Assembly: GCA_965644295.1 (NCBI GenBank)
Contig: CBFFRP010000247.1
Span: 106,194-170,193 of the forward strand
Origin: Paraphysomonas bandaiensis
Lineage: Eukaryota; Protista; Chrysophyceae
Length of the DNA stretch: 64,000 nucleotides
Direction: 5' to 3'
Shown here piece by piece: positions 24,709 through 37,614 of this stretch (its first letter is position 1; the number at the start of each line of letters is the position of its first letter). The notes under the pieces are model-generated. The model saw nothing but the letters and a program-made list of their open reading frames with translations. It searched no databases and was not told where the DNA came from. Made by a program: the position numbers and the translations under genes.

Positions 24709-27301
24709 TAAACGGTCGAAACTATGTAAAATTGTGTAAATTACGTATTATTAGAGTATGTATTTTGTATATACGGTTGCTGGTATACTGGCAGGAGTGT
24801 GTTAGATGTGAGGGTCATGTGACCATAAATAGACACACAGACAGTCTATTGTGGGGTGAAATTATGACCCCACCTGCAGATTAAAACAAAGGACGATTGA
24901 TGGAGTCGTTAATGGACTGACATGACTTCACTGTACTGCAAGATTCATGCTGTTCAAGACCAGTATTATGACTTTTATCCGCTTGAGACAACTGAGTCAT
25001 GTGTGTGGTTATTGCCATCAGAAGAGACAGTGAAGTGGAAGAGGGCCCTTACAAGAGGATAAAATACTGATTGAATCGTTATTTTGCAGAATGCCTGCTC
25101 AGTGTGCATCCTGTGAAGTTCTCCCGATAATTCAAGGATTCAAGTAATGTGACCGTTAGCATCTTCAATATCCATCAATGGGGGGCAACGTTCATATTAG
25201 TATTATTAATGCATGCAATTAATAGAAATAATATTTTGGGTAAATTATTTCCTATATATACACCTCTGTACCAGTATCGTACCCGAGAAGTTATCTCGGT
25301 GTAAGATCGGTGTAAGATGGCTTGGACGAACAAATGTTGTCATTACCTTGGAAGCTAACTGAACTCAGATTGGCGGTGAAGACATCTGAAGTGCACAATG
25401 CTTCTGCTTCTTAGCAGGTGATTGGGAGCTAGTTTACACTTTGGTTCAGATTTCTCGTGGTATGTATATTAGTAGGTTCTAAGTAGTAATTGCCGTTAAT
25501 TTTTACTTCGTAAGATGTTAATGCGAATACCGTCTTATTTTAATTGAATACATGCTTTGTCTTTTCATAATTGATACAGATCTGCAATATTGCTGGTTTT
25601 TATATTATTTCCTACTTTGCAATATATATATTATACTGTGTTTATTGTTGTTAATTATAGTACCTCTAGGTCGTATTGGTATTATATTTTTAGGTAGTAC
25701 CTATAGGTAGTATTGATACATGTAGGCAGTGCCTGTAGGTACATTTTAATATAAATAGGGATACTTATCAGTAGGAAATGTAGAGGTTATAGATACCACC
25801 TATAGGGAGGCGATTAGGCACGTGTATTAGTGCAATATCATATGTCGATATTGGCATCATTTAATCCAACCATAAGTCCAACGCTCTTGACATACTCCTC
25901 ATTGGGGTAACCAGCCATTAGTGGATCATTTTCTTCCAACAGCATTCTTAGTACTGCAATAGCTTCACTTAAATCAACAACTATGGATAGCAATAAATCA
26001 ACAACTATGGATAAGTCTACAATTACAATACTATTTACAAGCAACTTCCAGAGTGAAGAAATTGCATCTTATTATGAATAATCAATATATACTACCTACG
26101 ATTACCAGGTATCATGGTAATGTCAACATAATATTCTACTAATAGGCTGGCGTATTCATCCTCTGCAGAGTGTTACAGGTAGCACTAATATTCTATTTAT
26201 GATAGATGGTAAATATCAAGATACAAAGCACCCTATATCTAGGTGACAATGATTGACATGTTTCAATACACCGTCCTTATTTACATCAATACGTATAGGG
26301 CACAGTGAGAAAGTAATATATCTTACATTCATATTAGTATATACATACTCAATTGACAATTGAAGTTATTCTTGCGTGGGTCTCTCCATTATCGAACTCT
26401 GAAGTGTCATTTTCGTCATATGCTCTGTATCATAGAATCAAAATTTCTAAATTAAATATTTTCACAACATAATTCAAGAACGTTACCCTAAGACTCCTCT
26501 GGTGTTACATGACAATCGAGTTCATACGGCTCCGCAGAGTATGCTGCACGTCAACAATGATTGACATGCTCCAACACAGTATCTTTATATACATCAATAC
26601 GCACAGGACACTATGAGAAAGTATCTATAAATGATACAATCATAGTAGTATTTACCTTCAAATCAGAGAGGAGAATGACACTCAAGTGGAGTTATTCTTA
26701 TGTGAGTCTCTCTGATGATCAGCTCTGCAGTATGAGTATATTCATATGCTCTGCTTCGAACCACTAAATTGAATATATTACAATATCATCCGATCGTATT
26801 ACCTGAGAGCCCTCTGGTGTTATGGTCATAGAATCAACTCTGCTATCTCTGTCTTTGAAATAGACCAACTCTCCTGTATGATTGCCACTTAACCATACCT
26901 TTCACCAGCTAAATCAACAACCAGCAGCATGTGGCATGAAAGAACTATGAGCTCATGTATTCCCAGTGAGGTTATGATCATATCAGCCTGCGTTCCTCTT
27001 ATTACTGTAAAAGTATCGCATCGTATCCTGTATGTGAAGCTAACAGACATCTGTCTCTGGATTCTGTGGACAATATGCCGATTATTATCTTGAAAATGTG
27101 TAGTTTTGTGACATTTTTGAGTGAAAAACCAGGGGATTTTTTAGTTTAGGTTGTGTAATTCATTTTACATAGTTCTTCTAGTTTCGCTAAATCCAAAAAC
27201 TCACACACACTACAATAGAGAATAATTTTTTCTCGTGTAAATTATTTTACACAACTCCCAAAAATCCTGCCTTTAGTTTTACATAGATCGGTGGGTTTTT
27301 C
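24703..27301 (-). mobile_element. Non-autonomous Crypton-like unit C, copy 2 (tandem, apparently identical)
   Basis: Identical small ORFs offset by 2593 bp (23245/25838; 23968/26561). TTTTTC occurs at 22110, 24703 and 27296. Confidence 0.8.
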
Positions 27302-27368
27302 GAAACTAGAAGAACTATGTAAAATGAATTACACAACCTAAACTAAAAAATCCCCTGGTTGTGTAAAA

Positions 27369-29123
27369 TCATTGGAGTGAGGGAAATTTGCAAGATTTAT
27401 ACCCTGCAGATCATCCAATATTTGCTCAACGAATCTTTACGGACCAGACTTTAATCAAAAGCCTAGCTTCAAAAGTTATTTTGGTTCATAATTATTGTCA
27501 GAAGACACATATGAGTGCGGAAGGTGTTCCAGGCATAATTCTAATAACCCGAGAGTTGCGAGAATTTCGTAAGCATTACGACAATACTTGTTCTAATTAT
27601 GATAATAGGATTGCCGAATTTAGCGCCTTGCTTAAGACAGCGATTGATGATGTACCAAAAGTAGTTGTTAATATGATACTTGAGAAATTCAGAATCGATG
27701 GGGTAGTTCCCATGACAGCGGCTGACATTCGTGCAATGATAATTGAAGTGATGGGGGCCAATGATAGTCCCTATGCTAAGCTATCTGAGCAACTTAGTGT
27801 AACGAATAGTCAGCTAAGTCATCACGGAGCAATTCTAGAAAGATTAGATACTGGGACTAATACGAGAAACCGTCTCACAACTGCAGATGTTCCTAGCTCC
27901 TGTGGTGATGTTCATACATGGCCTGATGTAGACGGGCGTTTTCATCGTGTTCCCTTAGGATTCAAATTTCCAAGTTATAATGTTCAGACAATGTGGAATC
28001 TTTGGTTTTTTGGTGACAGCACTAATAGAATTTGCCCCTACAGGTATATTGAACCGAAGTACGATTTGGTCACAAAACATTGTAGAACTAATAGAAGCCG
28101 CACCGTGAAAGTAATAGGACGTCTAGTAGCTTTGAATATTGAAGAAGGAAATATTAGTAAATTACGAGATGTTACGAAGGAAAATACACAAGTGTTGTTT
28201 GACTATGCTTATCCTCTGTTGATTGCAGAATGTTACGATGAAATGAGGATGCCAACTAGGAGACATGATATTAACATCAATACAATAGCAAATAGAATGA
28301 AAAAGTAACTTTAATTTGAATGATAATAATACTATTACCTTTATTGTTCTTATATATGACATTATTACATGCATAAAAGAATAGAAGAAGCACATACATA
28401 TAAACGAGAAAAAGCGTAATGAAGGAAGAAGAAATAATACTGACAACATTATTATTGAACTACTGTAAACATTTCAGTAGATTACTAATAATCTTGTCAG
28501 AATTAATTGTGCAATTCATGCAACATATTCATAACAATGGTCACTAGGAAACACAATAACATCTTGTCAGTAGTAAAAAGTACGCGCTACTGCAAGTACG
28601 TAATATATATAACACTCATAATGAAGGATGATTTCCAGCGTAGTCGCAGGAGTTTTTGTCAGAAGTTTATAATCATGAGGTTACGTGTAATCTTGTTTAT
28701 CCACAATACCTGGCGAGTCGATGGAAGTCTAGCTCTGAATGGGGCACCACCGTTGGCCAGTGTTGGTTACCTGCGCATTACACCCTAAGAGCACTACATG
28801 AACTCTCAATCCAGAACACTTACTCAGCAGTCACTCTGCGGTATGTGGCATATAAGAAGTACCGATCTTACACCGAGATAACTTCTGCTGTATGGTACTG
28901 ATACACGTGATTTATATACTGTACAGTTTACCCAAAATATATTTTTATACAGCGTTAATGATGAATTCTATTGCTATGGTAACCCCCATATAGTATATAT
29001 ATGCCATCAACATCGCTCTCTATACCCTTACATGATATGACTACAGAGTACAGTATACCGTTCTGTATTTTGCTCCCCATATACAATTACACGAAAATTA
29101 CACACTTTGGACCATTTTTAAAA
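27369..29123 (+). mobile_element. Second, 5'-truncated copy of Crypton A (duplicate of ~20360-22114)
   Basis: ORF 27388-28308 is identical to the C-terminal part of 19919-21301. Only a 2-bp indel near 28513 and a substitution near 28895 were noticed. Ends in ggaccatttttaaaaa. Confidence 0.9.
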
Positions 29124-29124
29124 A

Positions 29125-29270
29125 CATAAGCCAGCATCTTATTTTTCGGGAATAAATTGAAGCAAAATTCTTCTATATTACTGCAATACAACTACGGCTG
29201 GAATACACATAATTGTTGTCTCAATATACGAGGCATGTTTGAACAAAAATATACAAAGGATGGCCATACG
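29125..29270 (+). mobile_element. ~150 bp MITE-like repeat, degenerate copy
   Basis: Matches 41345-41494 (caactacggct, aattgttgtctcaatat, gaacaaaaata.acaaaggatg). Confidence 0.7.
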
Positions 29271-29467
29271 TTTGTTCCACTGGTGAAAATCTTATCCTAC
29301 CACAACTACGTATCGTAGCTACCACCAATGAGAGGCCTACACATACATACATACATACATACATGTCCACATATACCGTATGTCTATATTAATTAGACTA
29401 CTTCGTCCATTAATTGTCACCATATCTCATCTCTACATATATACACACCTCTCCATATAATCCAACC

Positions 29468-31034
29468 ATGTCCTCCAAATCCCTCCGATATCATGGATGT
29501 TCCTTATTTCGTAATCGTCTCACTACATCCATTTTAAGTGGAAAGACACTCATCATTAAAGACATTCGATCAGATCATGAGGCTCCTGGTTTACTTGATT
29601 ATGAAGCTAGTTATCTTCGTCTACTTGATAAACTTCTCGATGGTTCCTTCATTGAAATCAATGAAACTGGAACATTATTAAAATTTCGTCCTGGTATTCT
29701 TATCGGTGGATCGATTAAACATGATTGTCCATCCTCACGATCTATCGGATGGTTCATTGAAGGGATCATACCTTTAATAGTATTTGCAAAGAATCCTGTG
29801 AGTATACAATTCACTGGCATTACAAACGATGAGATGGATATCTCTGTGGATGTATTCAAATCTGTAACATTACCATTAATGAGGAATTTTGGTATTGAAG
29901 GAATGACATTAAATATTAAACGACGTGGAGCTGCCCCTAATGGTGGAGGGTTAGTAGAGTTTACTTGTCCTATTGTTAGAGAATTGAAACCTTTAAATGT
30001 TACTGATGCGGGTTTAATCAAACGCATTCGTGGAATAGCTTTCTGTGCGAAGATTTCACCTACCATTCTTACAAGAGTGGTCGATAGTGCAAGAGCAGTG
30101 TTAAATGAGTATATTCCAGATGTTTATATACACACTGATCACTACAGGTACTTAACATGTGAATATAAACTATTTCGCGCTGAAATATACTGCCTATTTA
30201 TGAGTACTGAGGGTGTGATATTATGTCAAATGTTCTCTAAATATTGTGCTCAGGGGAGCTGACAGCGGAGCTTCTGCAGGTTATTCGTTGGCACTTTTTG
30301 CAGGTATGTTCTTTGTACTGTATTTCTACCCTCAATGTATTTACTGTTTATGAGAGGAGGATATATGTTTGTGTATTTCTATGAAGTTCTGTGACCAGTA
30401 TATAGTATCATTGTTTGACGTTATGACTACTAATGGTAATTGGTGACAGAGTCTACCACTGGCGTACTCCTATCATCAGAGTGTACAGCTTCCCCAGGAG
30501 GTAGACAACTACCAGAGGATATTGGGAGGCACGGGGCGTTGCAGCTGCTAGAAGAAATCTGGAAAGGTGTGTTTTAGGATTGCCTTTGCACGCTAACATC
30601 TATTTGAAACTGTAACGTCATTGAAGAGCATTGTTAGACAGTGTCACTGTTAATAGTGAGGCGTGTCACAGTGTGTGGCTAGACTCTGTGTGTTTTTGAA
30701 TAGTGAAGTTCATTCTAACGTGTCCACATAGGAGGTGTTATAGACAGTGCCCATCAAAGCCTAGTTTTGCTACTGATGACTATGAGTCCAGAGGATGTGT
30801 GCAAGGTATATATCATCGCTGATACTTTTTTGAGAGACTTGACTGATATGGTCATTTACAATGCCTTAGGTGAGATTTGGGTCATCTCTTACAGATCAAT
30901 CGGTTGAAACATTGCGGCTTCTAAAAGATGCGTTTGGTATTGTTTTCAAGATAAAGGAGGATCCTGAAACACATACACTACAACTGTCTTGCTTGGGTAT
31001 TGGTTATAAGAATATGTCTAGAAAGGCAACCTAG
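29468..31034 (+). CDS. RCL1: RNA 3'-terminal phosphate cyclase-like protein (18S rRNA biogenesis), multi-exon
   Basis: GCSLFRNRL..SILSGK..IKDIR..PGLLDYEASYLRLLDK..GSFIEINETGT..PGILIGG..HDC..RSIGWFIE..GITND..KRRGAAPNGGG..IKRIRG; C-terminal SCLGIGYKN. Confidence 0.95.
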
Positions 31035-31890
31035 ATAACCATCTTTAGGTAGTTGTTAATTGTGTCATGCCAAGGTCTGTAGTTAGAAATGTGTCTCAAC
31101 TTGTTGCGCTTCAGTAACAGGGATGTTAGTATATACCAGATATATTTAGTAGAAGATAGTATGTTATAATAGTTACGTACCGAATTGTGTGGATATCTTC
31201 TTTTGAAATGTACTTTAACTAGCTACATGATGTAGTTTGTACCAACTATGATTATGTCTTATAACTAGTATACGCACTCAATTACCGGTATCAAATTGAT
31301 GATATTAATATTATAATTATTTTAATCAATAGCAATTATATGTACTGTCCCAATTTCAATAATTAACAATTAATTGATTGCAGCCTTGAGTGACACAGTC
31401 TAATATCGTGTGATAAGATGAAAGCAATAAATTCCCACTCCCTATTCATGATAAAGGATTAAGGGAAAAATGAAGTAGTAGACAAATATCAATGAAGTTC
31501 AACAATGCGGCTGATACCATAGTCAGAAGCACCTACCTCTAGTTCCGCAAGATGCTACCATTTTGAGCTCATTATCGCTCTCATGATAAGATTATACAGT
31601 GATTTTCTTGTTTATTAACCAATCAAAATATTTTGACTTTCTATTCAATTATTCTGTTCTGGCATGCAATATGTCAAAACTCTTCATATGCGTTAACACG
31701 TAAAATCCTCAGCTGCAGCGGTCAAAAATAAACCGCGGCTAGTGTATATACTAGCCGATTCTTATCAACGTCTGTAAGTTGTAAGCATCGACCAGTCATA
31801 ATCTAATTACTGCACTACTACAAAAAGTTTCATTTCTGTGCCTGTGTAGAAGCACAACGGAACTGGCTCCATGAAGCTTCACTAGCGCTG

Positions 31891-34407
31891 TCAGTCAGCG
31901 CTAAACATATCACCTGGTATAATATTCTTTACCGAGAGTAAAACTATTTCGAGAGGAATATGCAGCTGCCTCGCGAAATGTTTCCATAACCGCATTCCCC
32001 CATTGTAAGGATCAGGAATAGGTTCCATATTTTCAACTCGAACAGAGCGAATGGAATTACCCTTGCGACGTGACACAGATCGCATTGAAGTCTCGTCAAA
32101 CGAACCCCATTTCAACAGCATATCCTTCGCTGTATGTGATTTCCTTATTCTTTCCACAGATCTATACTTGGAGACGATTTTGCTCAGGATTAGTTCCATA
32201 TGCTCTAGACGAGCCGCCATAAGCAGGGAATCCATTCGCAAGTCTCGGTCTTCGTTAGAGGCAGAATCACTTCGTAATGAGACTGAAGATGCACTCTTTC
32301 CTGACCTTGAAACGCAATTTTGAGGTGGGTTGATATCGCAGTCACTCTCACTCAGTGAACGCCTTTGTGCAATGGAATGATTAGCCAACTGCGCCACAGA
32401 GAATGTAGAACTGGCAGTAGAAGCGCTCTTACTAATCTTAATAACAGCTATATCAACAAGTCTATTTATCTCTTCTTCAGTTGGAACGTCATGCTGAAAT
32501 TCGTTATCAAATGACAACTGTGGACTAATGGTTTCTGCTGTTGTTGCTGCAGAATATATCGCAGCCTTAGCAATAAACTTGTGTCTAAGTAACTCCTCTA
32601 CCGAAGGTCGATCTGAGGGTTCTTTCTCCAAGCAGAGGGACACAAAATCCCTCAATTCCTCACTATACTGCAATCCTACGTTTGGCGAATCTTCATCACA
32701 GATGCACCTAACTATTTCCCAGTAATTGCTTCCAAACGAAACATATGGATGTTTTCCTTGCACAACTGTCACTACTGCAATGCCCAAGGACCAGATATCG
32801 CTAGGGAAAGAGTATGCGGAGTTCATTATGCGCTCCGGAGACTAAAATACGAACGCGTTAGAGCCAGACAACACGACATATTATGGTATAACTATACTCA
32901 CCATATAATTAAGTGTTCCCACAAATGAATTCTGATGATCGTGTCGTATACTGGCAACTTTGGCCAAACCGAAGTCCGCTATCTTAATACCCCCATTGCA
33001 ATTTATTAGAATGTTTCCAGGTTTAATATCCCGATGGAGTTGCTTCTTGCTATGAAGAAATAGAAGTCCTTCTAAAACCTGTGAGAGGCACCAACAAATG
33101 GTTATAGAGTCACGTAAGTCAAAAAACATATATGATTATTTCAGTACGCATGCAACAACGTTAGTAATCTAGTGTGTAGGTATGAATTCTGTATAAATTC
33201 CGGACATTTCATAGATGATGAATCTACAGTACCTGCTTCGTTATCTGCGCAACGACGATTTCGTCTTGGCAGCCGCCTGCATTAACAACATCTTCTAACG
33301 AACCACCATCCATGTATTCAACAACTATATTCACCATTCCCGTCTCGGGAGATACAAAAGCTACATGACAGAGGTTAATACGTAAAAAAGTCACAAATTT
33401 AGTTCACCAGTAACATGCGGACTATAATCACACCATTCACTCACCGTCATACATTCCAAGAACATTACTGCATCGCTCTTCTTGATCCGAAAGCACAACA
33501 TGGTCGTCTACATTGCTACTCGTGGAATTCCTCAAGTTGTTAACCTAAATATATATATCACGGTTGAAGAGAATGATATAGATAGCCTAATCAAGAGGGT
33601 GCTCTGACTTCACATAAATTCCTACTGAATGACTCCTACCTTAACATCCAATTCATCATGTAAAAGCTGTAGCTCCGCCATATTTTTATACAACACACTC
33701 AGCTCACTGCTGACTCTCTTGACATCATCGTTATCGTTAACTTGCAGCATCTTCAACGCAACTAATGTCATAGATGGCATATGCAATGCTTCGATCACAC
33801 GGCTTGTACTCCCGTTCCCTAAGCACTTCACTTCAACGAACTCCGAGGATTCGGTCATAATACGTTGGTTAATACTGAAGTCTCCTACATGTAAAGTGCC
33901 ACTTGGTGATGTCGTAGAGCTCACAACTGGGGTAATAGCCAAGGCTTTTCCAGCATAACTGTCTTCCTCATTATCAACATCCACTGAGAGTGAGGGTTTG
34001 CGACGAGGCTTTGCAACATAACTCTGTTCAATATTAGTTCTTACACTCTCTGGAACTTCAGATATAGTCGTTCGTTCATCATCAATCGATTGCTTTACAC
34101 TTAATACACTATCAAACCCTTCCTCATCATATGAAGCTGATTTCTTCACATGAATGGAATCAGATCGTAGTGTTTGTGTTAATCTTTGTAAGGCTAAACT
34201 TTGTACAGTTGTTTGTATATGATTGATGTGTATCTGATCCTCTTGTTGACGTATACTGCTACATACATGGCGTATAGAGTGATATATCTGCGAGTCGTTG
34301 TCTCCGGATGTTTTGAGTCGGAGATACTCATGAAGTAAACCATCCGAATCATGGAGAAAACATGGATCATGATGGGGTTGATTAGTTACACTTACAGCAC
34401 TTCCCAT
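31891..34407 (-). CDS. MAP kinase kinase (STE7-like) Ser/Thr kinase, multi-exon
   Basis: [67 protein letters not shown]-terminal MGSAVS is a possible myristoylation signal. Confidence 0.88.
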
Positions 34408-34787
34408 TTGATGATTAGATGAATGGATGGATGTATATGAGGATAATGAGAGGGGTGTCTAGTGATGTATGTATGTATGTATGTATGTGTGGTGGGTTAT
34501 GTATGAGATGTGCCGTTAAAGACTGACATATACATACATCTATATATAGAAGTATGTACGTATGTATGTATGTATTGGGTGACTTCGAAGTGAGTGTCAG
34601 TGTGACGGTTAGGTTTGGATGAGGGAAGAACTCAAGTCAACATCTAGATCCATCTCATGTATGCATGTATGTGTGGATCGTATGACAGACTATTGAACGG
34701 AATTAGATATGAAAACCCTCGTTAAGATCTTCCCTCCTGCCTACCATAATACTGTATGTATAGTTCTGTAGTGCGACAGGGAATAGA

Positions 34788-35110
34788 CATATATGCAGGT
34801 ACAGCAATGTGTATATGCAGGTACAGCAGTGTATATATGCAGGTACAGCAGTGTATATATATGTTGGTACAGCAGTGTATATACAGGTACGGTATATATA
34901 TATGTGGGTACAGGGTATGTATGGAGGTACGGTGTGTGGGTACGGTATGTATGTATGTATGTATGTGTCCAGGTACAGTGTCTGTATATGCACAGGTACG
35001 GTATACTGTATATATATATGTGGGTACAGGGTATGTATGGAGGTACGGTGTGTGGGTAAAGGGTATGTATCCAGGTACGGTTTCTGTATATACACAGGTA
35101 CGGTGTGGTG
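34788..35110. repeat. GGTAC-based degenerate minisatellite between divergent MAP2K and aminotransferase genes
   Basis: ~20 bp units tatatgcaggtacagcagtg and two copies of tatgtgggtacagggtatgtatggaggtacggtgtgtgggta. Confidence 0.75.
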
Positions 35111-35208
35111 TGTCTATCTGTGTATGTATAGATGGGTCCACATGCCTCTACACAGACACCCAGCAGACAGTATCTTCATAACACAAGTCAGAACAACTAG
35201 AAACAAAC

Positions 35209-36868
35209 ATGTCATTAAGTTCTCGTTCTAATCCACTTACCAATTCATCATTACGATACATTGATATCCACATCTCTCTCTTAGGGGACCTCTACTGCCC
35301 TCATACAAACCCCACTGGCTCCATCTTGATGTCCATTGCAGAAAACAAACTTATCATACAAGATATACAACATCGTATCAATTCACATCCATCATTTCCT
35401 TCACATGTCATGACATACACGGATCCATCTGGTTTACCTGAATTAAAAGCATCGTTATGTAGATTTATGAATGAATTCATATGGAAACAAACTCTAGTGT
35501 CCCCTCAAGATATTATTATAAGCTCAGGATGTAATGCATTATTAACACAGTTAAGCATCGTGTTATTCAATCCGTATGAAAGTATACTCATACCATCTCC
35601 ATATTATCCTGCATTTGATATGGATTTTAATCGATTTGGTAATGTTGTAACCATACCAGTTTATACAGAATCACCTGATTTCTTATTATCTATTGAGCAT
35701 ATGGAGGCAGCATATGATCGTGGTGTATCTGAGGGTCATCCTCCACGTGCTTTTCTACTTACGAATCCACATAATCCATTGGGAACAGTGTATTCAACTG
35801 ATGATATTCATATGGTTGTTGATTGGTGTCGCAAGAAAGGATTGCATCTTATAGTGGACGAAATATATGCGCTGTCTGTACATAGCAATGCATGTCCACA
35901 TGACTCTTCTCCATTTAACAGTGTTGCGACTGTGCTTAATCAATCTGTCGCCCATGATGGGTCTGGTGTCTCTGCGAGCGTGAATAAGGGGATGAGAGAT
36001 GATGTTCACGTACTCTGGGGGCTCAGCAAGGATATTGGGGGCAGTGGATTACGCATGGGTGTTCTATTTTCTCATAACAAATATTTATTGCGGGCGATGC
36101 AAGCGTATTGTGATGTATTTATGGTACGTGCGTGATCATTTTCGTGTACACCGAGAAGTATCGGTGTGACTGTATCTAATCACATCGACCTTCCTGTGCA
36201 CATTCTGTAATCTTTTTTAAGGTTCTGAGGCTTTTGTCGCAGGTATCTAATGCAATGCAGCTTATCGCTGTGGACCTGCTTGGTGATCTAAAATTTATGC
36301 GAACATTTATACAAAAAAGCAATCGACTGCTAAAACTCAGTTGCATGAAGCTTATACATGGTCTCGAGGAACTTGGTATCACTGTGGTAGAACCAAAAGC
36401 GGGTTTATATCTCTTTGCGAACTTCCGACGACTTCTGCGGGAACAAACATTTGATAGCGAGAGGGTGAGATCGTGCTTTTGGCATTTAGAGATGACATTA
36501 TAGTATTGCTAACTCACCATATATAGATATATAGTTTCATACTATTGTTATGGCGCCGCACTCGTTGTGATTTGTTCGGCAAGTGAACTTATTATCTGGC
36601 ATTGTCTCTGTGCTGCATACTGTTATCGAGTGCATGGATTTTTGCACATCATATTTAATAAGTGTTAATATTGTTTATATTTGATGTGGATGTGTAGGAA
36701 CTTCATGAGGAACTAGCATCTTCTATTAAGCTATCGCTGACACCCGGTGAGGCGTGTCGTTGTTCGGTTCCTGGATTTTTCCGTCTGTGTTACGCATGGG
36801 TACCACTGGAGGCTGTTGACGAAGCGATTAAACGTCTAACGCAGTTCATAATCGACAGACATATGTAA
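35209..36868 (+). CDS. PLP-dependent aminotransferase class I/II, ACC synthase-like (3 exons)
   Basis: MSIAENKL, PSPYYPAFDMD, LLTNPHNPLG, LHLIVDEIYALS, WGLSKDIGGSGLRMG (PLP Lys), AGLYLFANFR, LTPGEAC..PGFFRLCYA. Confidence 0.9.
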
Positions 36869-37149
36869 AGAGAGGTGTTTCTTTTGTGGACTATACTATA
36901 CACGAGTTCTATTAGTCTAGCGAACCACTGCTTGCGTAAAACATTCGTACAATCAAGGCGTTTAAGTGAAAATGTCTCTAAAATACAGTACGTGTTGATA
37001 AAGTATGACTTTATTCTGCTTTAAGGGCAACAATTTTGTGTATCACTTCTCAAGTCACCTAGTATATATAGAAGTGAGTGAGGGTACACAATATGTTGGT
37101 TTCTTAAGCCCCTGTAACAGATACCTCGAGTAGTGGGAATTCGCTATAG

Positions 37150-37591
37150 AGTGTTGAGTTTTGCTGTTTGAGCAATTAAAAGCTGTAATTCTAAGGTGTT
37201 GGAATTATGACCGTTAGTCGAAGAATACAGTAGTGATGAGCTGTAATATGAGAAGTGATATCATGACGATGTAAGATCGTACTAGATATGAGTGGTACTT
37301 GAGATAACGTGATATATTGCTTATTATATTTATTATAATCTTCCCTCATCTTAACTTGTTTAATGAGTAAATAAATGTCCAGTTAACTTAGTAAATCATC
37401 CAATTGTGTCATAACTTGACATAGAAAACAAGAATATCGCCATGTTGCCGACATAATTTCTACAGTATATATATATGTTTTTTGAAGCATATATATATGG
37501 TTTTTGAAGCATATAACATGAATTTTCCAACTACTTAAGTAACTTTCTATGTGTATTATCTAAAAGGTCACAAACAGCAAAACTCAACACT
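37150..37591. mobile_element. MITE-like element with 21-bp terminal inverted repeats
   Basis: agtgttgagttttgctgtttg (37150-37170) and its exact reverse complement (37571-37591) around an AT-rich non-coding interior. No clear TSD. Confidence 0.65.
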
Positions 37592-37614
37592 ATGTTACCT
37601 ATTACCTACTACGT

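Noticed and set aside
22110-27301. 2.6 kb direct repeats as LTRs of a retrotransposon or DIRS element
   Set aside because: Copies are directly adjacent with no internal gag/RT, lack TG..CA ends, and their termini resemble the neighbouring Crypton.
34703-35231. Several overlapping 90-140 aa ORFs and possible CRISPR-like repeats
   Set aside because: Degenerate GGTAC/TATG minisatellite without unique spacers; eukaryotic context and no cas genes.
35209-36868. Bona fide ethylene-pathway ACC synthase
   Set aside because: ACS-like aminotransferases are widespread outside plants and often lack ACC synthase activity; substrate cannot be inferred from motifs seen.
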